Notes under the pieces: generated by a model
What the model was told of the DNA's origin: nothing
Seen by the model: the letters and a program-made list of their open reading frames with translations, nothing else
Database searches by the model: none
Program-made: the position numbers and the translations under genes
Source of the DNA: Balanoglossus misakiensis
Lineage: Eukaryota > Animalia > Hemichordata
Length of the DNA: 64,000 bases
Direction: 5' to 3'
Assembly (NCBI GenBank): GCA_040954595.2
Contig: CM082578.2
Coordinates: 9,905,519 to 9,969,518 of the forward strand
Part shown: positions 56,401 through 64,000 of the stretch, piece after piece
Numbering within the stretch: the first letter of the stretch is position 1
How the letters are laid out: each line of letters begins with the position of its first letter

Positions 56401-59400
56401 TATTCCATTATTTCATTCATATTCAGATAACATTTAATTCCGAACGCTCACTTAAGCCGTGGTGTATTTCCTAGTTTGCATAATGTTCATGCTTCCATCT
56501 AAATAGTGTATGTGTATTACTCACGAGGTGTCTTCTGGGTTATCAAGCCACTGACCGAACTGTGTCTGAGAACTTTCCACGCAGTCTTGGTGTCCATAGT
56601 AACAGGCCGTTTTGAGGGCGTCAATTTGTTTGTAACTGTTGATAAACACAAATAAACCGCACATTTGTTTACTACGTTATTGCTAAGCTCTAATCATGCA
56701 TCGATCTTAGCCTCACAGCGTGATGCACAAAAATATCAAATAAATTAACCTGTTACCCAAATATCATACTCACTATGGCACGTGCTCGTCGTGAGTGAAG
56801 TCCCATCGTTTTTCCCAATAGATGCTGTTGATCAGAGAACGAATATGTGCCTAATGAAGATAGAAGAATATGTGTTATTATATACTATGAACACATGGAC
56901 TTTGTCTTCCCCATCCACAGGATTACATGGAGAGTTACTATTTAAAACTGATTTAAAAATAGTTTCTTGCACGAGCGTATGAAGTTGACGTGTTGTGACG
57001 TCATATATTCTACCGCTTTACCTCAAAGTATCCATACGCTGCGGTTCTCTTCAGCATATCTCTGGTGTATCCGTGCCTTAAGATTGCCGTGTACCAGGGT
57101 ATGTATTCTGTCTCCTTTGACAAGTACTCCAACAGCTTGATAGAGTAGACCTGGTCCATTTGGTGGGCGTTTGCAATGGAGAATGCTTCTTCCAACAGCT
57201 GTGATCTTGTCCTTACTGGGATGGCCTGCAAAATAACAATGGTGCCTCCAGGTTGAAAGTCTGATGATAATTACAGCAACCGAAAAAATCCTATGGCCGC
57301 TTTGTTTGCGTTCACCAATATGATCCACAATCAACAATGGAACTTACGGTATGATCTTCGTCTTTTAAGAATGTCGCCAACTTCTCCCAGTTGTCGTTTT
57401 CGTATTTCACTCGATAGAATCCCCTGTTGTCAATGTTCACCAAGTACCAATCATCAGCAGTCGCCGGAGACATCAAAGTGAAATTGGCTGAAATACAATG
57501 GCAGTTAAGTCATCTATGTTTAAGAAGTATAGAACTCAACATGTTGTGTGACGGAATACGATACCCCTCTTGTTTGGCGCACGCACATTACCCTTAATTT
57601 AGTGTATCAGTGATGTTGTAAAAGAACAATTGTTATATGTACCTGCTTCCATGTTCATCCATGTTTCATGCGGAGCCTCAAACTGCATTTCTTGCTGGTC
57701 GGTGTATGTTAAAGGTATGTGCCATTTGTATCTGAAAGCCATCATAGTGACAGTTTACGAGTTATGATACGACGTGCGACACAACAAATATTCTGACACC
57801 GTTGCATACTACTTTCCTAGTATCATGGCCAATAACGACACGTACAACAACGTTGCTGGTCAGGAGAGGTAGATTTCCTGTATAACATCGTGACTCTAAT
57901 ACACCGTCCACATTGAAGGAAACAATTTTATGTCACCGCGGTTATGCCCCTGCTATACGAACATCATGAGAGGGACAAAATCTGTATGTCATCCTCGTTC
58001 TAAGAAAGAGCAGAGATGCGTGGATCTAGTCAATATTTTACTTGGCTTCATGAAACCCCTTACCCCATGTCATAGTAGTTGTCATTCGGTTCTTCATTTG
58101 GATCCATGATGAATCTCTCTTGTTCTGCGTGGATGACGTCACCGTCACGTGTCAGGGTGACGATTGGGTATCCCATCTGCAGTATCCATGTATCCATTAC
58201 CATTTTCACGTCGGTATCCTTTTTGCCCACATCGGCCTGGTGACGTTAAACATATTTTACTTTTCAGGAATTGTAACACGGGTAACAATATTGGGGTCAC
58301 ACGTTGGCCACGAAAAAATGATTGTCATTCGGGGATTCTGTGGTCCAGATAACTTGAATACAGTTGCTCCACTAGAATACAGAATTATTCGACACAGTTC
58401 TCTTTGAGTGTGTAGTATACATTGGTTGGACCAATCATTCCGATGTTGGTACAGGAACTGCTAAATGTAAATATACTAGTTCTTTTTTATCATTAAGTGT
58501 CATGAAGCAAGGACTGGTTGCTTACCAATGTGAGTTCAGCAAACAAGTCATCTGAGACAGCATTGGAGTACTCGTATTTATGCAGGTAGTTCTGGAGGCC
58601 AGTCTTGAATGTATCTTTTCCAAGGAATGTTTCCATCATCATGTTTAGACACGAACCCTGTAAACCATAATCAATATATTTAATGGACTACAGAAATGAT
58701 ATCTCCCAAATGATCTTGTATATATACACAACAACTGGCAGACATGCGGATGAGTGTGATACACGAGTGAAACTATCAAACATAGGCAATAGTGACGCGC
58801 CTTACCCTTTGATAGGCTATCCTGTCAAACTGACTCCAAATGACATCTGGCCAGCCAACGGGTCTTACTACAGGGTGTGAAGACCATGTATCGTCGGCGT
58901 CCAAGGCTCGATGCAGATCATCTCGTGGGTGAAACTGGTCAAACTGGGGGGGGGGAGGTGTTCATGTTAGAGAAGAGATACAAATGTAAGTGCCAGATAA
59001 AGAAACGCTAACCTTTATATATGAACAGTGATACCAGAACTTGGAGTTACACTTACAGCATCCCAGCTGGGTTCTACAGCTTCCAACGCTGGATATTCAT
59101 AGAAACTGGCGTATCCTTCATTCAGCCACACGTGATCCCACCATTCTAGAGTCACTAGGTTTCCAAACCACTGAAAAGAAAGAGAAAAACGCAACGAACG
59201 TCGTTTAGCGTTGCCTCCTCCTTCAACGGACTTTCTGATGAGCCATGACATTGATTGGATAAATGGTATTGCTGTTTTTTATAACTTGGAAATATTCTTT
59301 ATGCAGATAAGGTATGTATCATACAGTGTCTTACCATATGGGCCAACTCATGAGCAATGATGGCCGCAACGCCATGCTTTCTGTACTGGGTGTTTTCTTC

Positions 59401-62400
59401 CGGATCGTAGAGTAGGGCAGTTTCTCTGTAGAGGATCAGTCCCCAGTTCTCCATCGCGCCGAAATAGAAATCAGGAATGGCTACCATGTCTGGAAACGAG
59501 TATTACATGTACATGTAGTTGAACAGTGGCTTTTTGTAAATGCGAGCGCGATATAGAGTATGTTATTCACGTCTGTCGCCTATCTCAAGATTACAGACAG
59601 TTTCAAGATTGGGTTTCGTCATGGAATTGACATAAATGGTCATATGTCATTTTGTAAGTGCGTCATTAAATTATGGCAAGCAGATTATACCAATTCCGCG
59701 TGCATATAAAGGTTGTCACCCCTACCTTCTTTTGGAAGTGGGTAATCGATACCCCAGTAGTCTTCAAAGAAAGTCAACATCGCACTTCCGACGTGGAGAG
59801 AATAATTCAACGATGGGACAGCTTCTGGCCGTGACCACAGCCGCATCTACGTGTAAAGAAATCGGTCGTGACACGCCGGTTAAAAATCAAGGCAGTATTT
59901 CAACTATATCTAACTTCCTTTTTAAGCAACACCGACTGTTAAGAACGTTCACAAAATATTCGCTCACCGTTATATTATTTGGCGTCTGCATTTCAACACT
60001 TTCAAAATCAGCCACAACAATAGCAAGTAAGTAGGTCGGCATGACAACCGATGTCCTCTGAAATCGTGTAGTCTTCCATTCGCAACCCGTGCATGTGTCG
60101 TGCACCGGCATATTGCACAGTGCCACTCGAGATTGTCTGTGAACCACGGTCATGTCGAATTGAGCCTTGAGGGCGGGCTCATCAAAGCAGGGGAAAACTC
60201 TTCTCGTATTTGTGGTCTCTAGTTGAGTCGCCACCATATGCCTGAAAGTTACAAGCATTCATTCAGGGGACGTTAAAAACTAAACAGTGGTGGTTCTGGT
60301 GGACAACGCTGTCCCCGAGGATATAACATGTATGCAGCTCAGGTGAGCAGTGGAAACATTGTTCTGAACTCATTTACTTCTACGTCTGTTGCTCGTTACT
60401 GTGTGGTTTCATGTTATGTGAACTGGTGCGCAAATTCTGGATTCGAATCCCCAGAATAGGTTACTATATTTTGAATAGACGATAATTGATCGTGAATAGC
60501 ACACTTCTAAGGCTTCTCGGATACCTTGTTGTCAACGTGCATCTTCTTGGCAAGCGCAACTCGAGTCGATATTGCATGCCATATTAAGAAACAATATTAC
60601 TCACTTCAATTCACTGTTTTCACCCTCTGTGTAGTTACTGAGATACATCCCTTGGAAGTCGGCGTGATGGAGAGTTCCCGTGAATGACTTGATCTTTATG
60701 AGGTATTCTGTATCCTGCTGTAGTTGGCTTACGAGATAAATCTTTATGAACTCGTACTTTTCCACTATCTCCACTCTGTCGACTTCGATTCTTTGGGAAA
60801 AGTCGTCCGATTCACCAACAATGATCATAGAGTCGGAGGAGTTTACTACCAGCGTACTGTGGGCATGCAAGACGATGACGTCTGTTGAACTCAATACTTT
60901 GAATGTAATGTCAACGCTGCCATCAAAGGTGAATCTTTTCTCGCCGTCTTCTTCATCCAAGTACGGTTTTACGGTGACTGCGTACAGAGATGGTTCCAGT
61001 GTCTCGGGTAAGCGTCCATCGAACTCTTCCCTCTCTTCCGGCGGTGGTTCGGTGCCTGTTGTTGCGTCTATCAGTTGCTGGTAAACCGCTTCGTAATTTC
61101 TGTCCATCCATTGAACGTTTAATTTGACTTTGTCTACCGTCTGGCCGTAGGTGGTAGCTGGGAAGTTCGGTACGTACTGATTTTTGCGGCCGAATTCTTC
61201 AAGCTGCGAAACAGTCAAACATTCACGTTGGATAAACTGCATACTGTCCAATAAAATAGCTATTTAATATGCTCTATAATGTCTTGCCTTACCTTCATAA
61301 GATCTGCTTCCGAGGTCATGTAGTCGGCAAACTCCCAAATTATATTGTAGGCACTGCTCCCATGACTGAAAGATGAAACAAAACATACATATTGTATTGT
61401 GGCTATGACATGAGAATAGATCGCAGACCCACCAGGCATTTATGGAAAAAAGGTTCACATGTACATTAATTGCTTTTGCAGGATGTTATGTTTTTTACCC
61501 ATGCATGACTTACCTTTCCTTCAGCGTATTCCAGTTGGCCATGGCGAAGTCTAGCGCTAGGGCATACCCACTTGGAGAATTGGCCAGGACACTCGGGATG
61601 ACGCTGTTGGCTTCATTCTTTTCCATGGCGTATGCCATGTATCTGGTAAACGTTAACACCATGCAAACAGTTCAGTACATACAATTATTGATAACGAATG
61701 AACCTCGTGCAAACGCCTTTAAACATAGATACAAGGTATGTCGTTGTGAACAGATGCGTGGTGTGTACATGTACCTATCTGGCTCAACTCGATGTGTGGG
61801 GATAAGGTATAGAAACGAATTTGAAGTCGAGTTCAGATGGAGTAGCGACCTCGTCTTTTTACGCGCCGTGCTGTCAGAAAAACATTGGTTTACCTTTCAA
61901 GAATCCACGGTTCCTTGCTACATGCCAGAGCCGAGCGGAGGTTGCTTCGTTCGTCACTGGGCACACTCCCACTATCGTACAGGCTCCAAGCCCTCTCCCA
62001 AACGCTTTCCGCTGAGTATTTTATTGCAGTGCAATACACAGTCGCTCTCACGTTATCATGAATCAATCTGTATGGGAAAAGGAAATTAAGATTTACAGAT
62101 GCAAGTCGATTTCATTGACGGGTTAATAAACATGGAAATATCAGGTCTGTTATCATGATATCACGTGTACGAGAGTAAAATGGGAGAAAAATCTACCAAG
62201 AGCTTCAATATTTATACAACAAGATGTGTGTTATTTTCGTAACAGCATTTCGGCGCGGGTACTCACGACATATCTTCTGGATCGTCCAACCACTGCTCGA
62301 ACTGCGTTTTCGCATTAGACACACAATCCTCGTGTCCATAGTAACACGCTGTTTTGATGGCGTCGATTTGTTTGTAACTATGGACAGAAGAAAATCAAAT

Positions 62401-63858
62401 TGCATGACTCACAGTTCCACTACATACCCATGCACTTACTCTACTTTTCATTTTGAAAATGCAATGTTCGCATGGTCGAGATGGACTTTTTCTACTCACT
62501 ATGCTAAGTGTTCGCCGTGGTTGAAGCTCCAGTATTTATTCCAGTAGTTGTTGTTGACCAGAGTTCGCATTAGACTCTGTAAATGGAAATGATTGAATAA
62601 ACGTTAAAGCACATGCTGTCTTTCATCATAATTACCCCAGTAACTTCTGACTATAACACAAGACCAATTCTTAGTTTCCTTATAAACTGAAGTAATTATC
62701 TACAAACACAATGCGACAGCAAATTCTAGGAATAGGAGTTCAATGTAGCACGTATCCACTCACCTCTAAGTAACCGTATGCTGCAGTTCTCTTCAGCATG
62801 TCTCTTGTGTAGCCATGTCTGAGTATTGCGGCGTACCAGGGTATGTATTCCGTCTCCTTTGACAAGTACTCTAACAATTTGATGGAGTAGACCTGGTCCA
62901 TTTGGTGGGCATGCGCAATTGAAAAGGATTCTTCTATCAGCTGCGCCCTTGTCCTCACTGGAATGGTCTGAAGTGGAAGATATGACATTGATGGAATAAT
63001 CCCTGTTCAAAATTCCATTAGATATGCGTGAAGGATGGCAACCCAAGGATTTGCTTGTTGGGAGGTAGAAGGCGCGGTGTGAAATGTACAATTGGACTGT
63101 GGCGGAGATTATAATTTACCAGCCAATGAACTTACTGTGTGATCCTCTGATTTGAGGAACGTTGCAAGCTTGTCCCAGTTGTCGTTCTCGTATTTGACGC
63201 GATACAGCCCGTTGTGATCGATGTTTACCAAGTACCAGTCGTCGCCAGAGAATGATGTTGAAAGATTGAAATCAGCTGTGAACAACAATAATACAATACG
63301 CTCGGTTTACAGTAGGTGTGAAAATGATTTAGACTTCACTGGCACTCTGCTTTCAGCTATAAGCATAATATCTGTTGACTTGTGATATTCAAATTTGTGT
63401 ATTGGCAAGTTCTGAATAGTAGTATAATTGTGTGTCTAGACCAATTTACATCGCTGGACTCGAGGGTGACTGTATTTCCTACCTGGGCCCATATCCATCC
63501 ATTTCTCGTGCGGGTTACTGAATTCCATTTCACTCTGGTCTGTGAAGGTCAGTGGAACGTGCCACTTGTATCTAAAAATAATGGAATTTGGAAAATGAAT
63601 AGGGTAGCTATAATTTCATCGACAATGACCAGGATTTGTATTAGAAGAAGTATTATACGTTATAAAATAACAAACTTCCCATTACCCCATATCATAATAC
63701 TTGTCATTTGGCTCTTCGTTGGGATCCATGATGAATCGCTTCTGCTCCGCGTGTACTGCACTGCCCTCTCGTGTCAGGGTTATTATTGGATAACCCATCT
63801 GCAGCGTCCACGTATCCATCACCATGCCAACGTCCGTGTCTTTGAACCCTACATCAGC
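26419..63858 (-). CDS. Giant concatemeric M1 aminopeptidase (aminopeptidase N-like) gene: at least 7 tandem full-enzyme modules in one ORF; 5' end lies outside the window
   Basis: A roughly 16-exon unit repeats every 5.2-7.0 kb. Six junction exons each read without a stop from one module's C-terminal helix ([13 protein letters not shown]...VYQQL) into the next module's N-terminus ([11 protein letters not shown]). The only stop seen at a module end is TAG at 26421-26419. Confidence 0.9.
32415..37695 (-). CDS. M1 module F (complete; divergent active-site region)
   Basis: [19 protein letters not shown]; [14 protein letters not shown]; [32 protein letters not shown]; [11 protein letters not shown]. 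Confidence 0.9.
37696..42906 (-). CDS. M1 module E (complete; very close paralog of D, including introns)
   Basis: Same motifs as module D; intron sequences are alignable by eye. Confidence 0.9.
42907..48120 (-). CDS. M1 module D (complete)
   Basis: [19 protein letters not shown]; [13 protein letters not shown]; [30 protein letters not shown]; [11 protein letters not shown]. Confidence 0.9.
46167..46222. repeat. (GACA/GGCA)n microsatellite
   Basis: Read directly from the sequence; present in a module D intron and absent from the paralogous E intron. Confidence 0.85.
48121..55099 (-). CDS. M1 module C (complete; close paralog of B)
   Basis: Same motifs as module B ([28 protein letters not shown]). 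One intron is expanded by an insertion of about 1 kb. Confidence 0.9.
51007..51149. mobile_element. Foldback/MITE-like long hairpin 1
   Basis: Arms AGCAATAAAACACCCCCAGCCATGGTATACCA and TGGTATACCATGGCTGGGGGTGTTTTATTGCT are perfect reverse complements. Pairing continues inward (GATTTTGACCAGTTCA / TGAACTGGTCAAAATC). Confidence 0.8.
51152..51303. mobile_element. Foldback/MITE-like long hairpin 2
   Basis: AACACATGT..GGGCAATATCATGATCTTTGGCCTGC..TGGTGATCTCTGACCATAATATTGAT-C-ATCAATATTATGGTCAGAGATCACCA..GCAGGCCAAAGATCATGATATTGCCC..ACATGTGTT. Confidence 0.8.
55100..61023 (-). CDS. M1 module B (complete)
   Basis: [19 protein letters not shown]; [13 protein letters not shown]; [30 protein letters not shown]; [11 protein letters not shown]. 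Confidence 0.9.
61024..63858 (-). CDS. M1 module A (partial: end of catalytic domain, domain III and ERAP1_C-type domain IV)
   Basis: [72 protein letters not shown], and [10 protein letters not shown]...QWMDRNY. Confidence 0.9.
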
Positions 63859-64000
63859 CTATGGTCCAGATGAAAAGGGGACGTTAGTTTGTACACTTTA
63901 TCAAAATTATCATTTTGCAGATTGTCAACATTACCGTTTGTTGGTCAGGCCAGGTATAGCGGACACTGAGTGGCCTATTGAAGTGTTTCCCATTTCTTGG

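Noticed and set aside
60330-60460. tRNA/SINE-like B-box (GGATTCGAATCCC); similar fragment near 35990-36015
   Set aside because: No cloverleaf or convincing A-box spacing could be built.
61442-62089. 215-aa plus-strand ORF and other plus-strand ORFs across 26-64 kb
   Set aside because: These are antisense shadows of aminopeptidase exons with no recognisable motifs.
26419-63858. Seven independent tandem aminopeptidase genes
   Set aside because: No stops, start or signal exons, or intergenic space lie between modules, and the C-terminal and N-terminal sequences are fused within single open exons.

Overview
Intron-rich, AT-rich eukaryotic genomic DNA with GT-AG splicing and microsatellites. It probably comes from a marine invertebrate, possibly a hemichordate or echinoderm (inference only). 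From left to right: (i) 1-17.8 kb holds three + strand type II membrane BRICHOS-domain genes, each ending in a cationic, Cys-laddered C-terminal peptide, interleaved with two secreted EPN-type C-type lectin genes that each have a 10-nt microexon and a C-terminal CCC tail; (ii) 18.1-23 kb holds a minus-strand SLC5 sodium:solute symporter of the SMCT/SMVT/NIS type; (iii) 26.4-64 kb holds the main finding, a single minus-strand gene encoding at least seven M1 (aminopeptidase N-like) enzymes joined head-to-tail in one reading frame. Six modules are complete and one runs off the window. Each fusion point lies inside one stop-free exon that encodes the C-terminus of one enzyme, a short linker and the N-terminus of the next. 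All six complete modules keep the GAMEN, HEXXH-x18-E and catalytic Tyr motifs but differ in the residues around the pocket. Also present are two or three solo LTRs, a cluster of foldback elements in one intron, and several microsatellites. Gene models were assembled by eye from splice signals, and no database searches were run.
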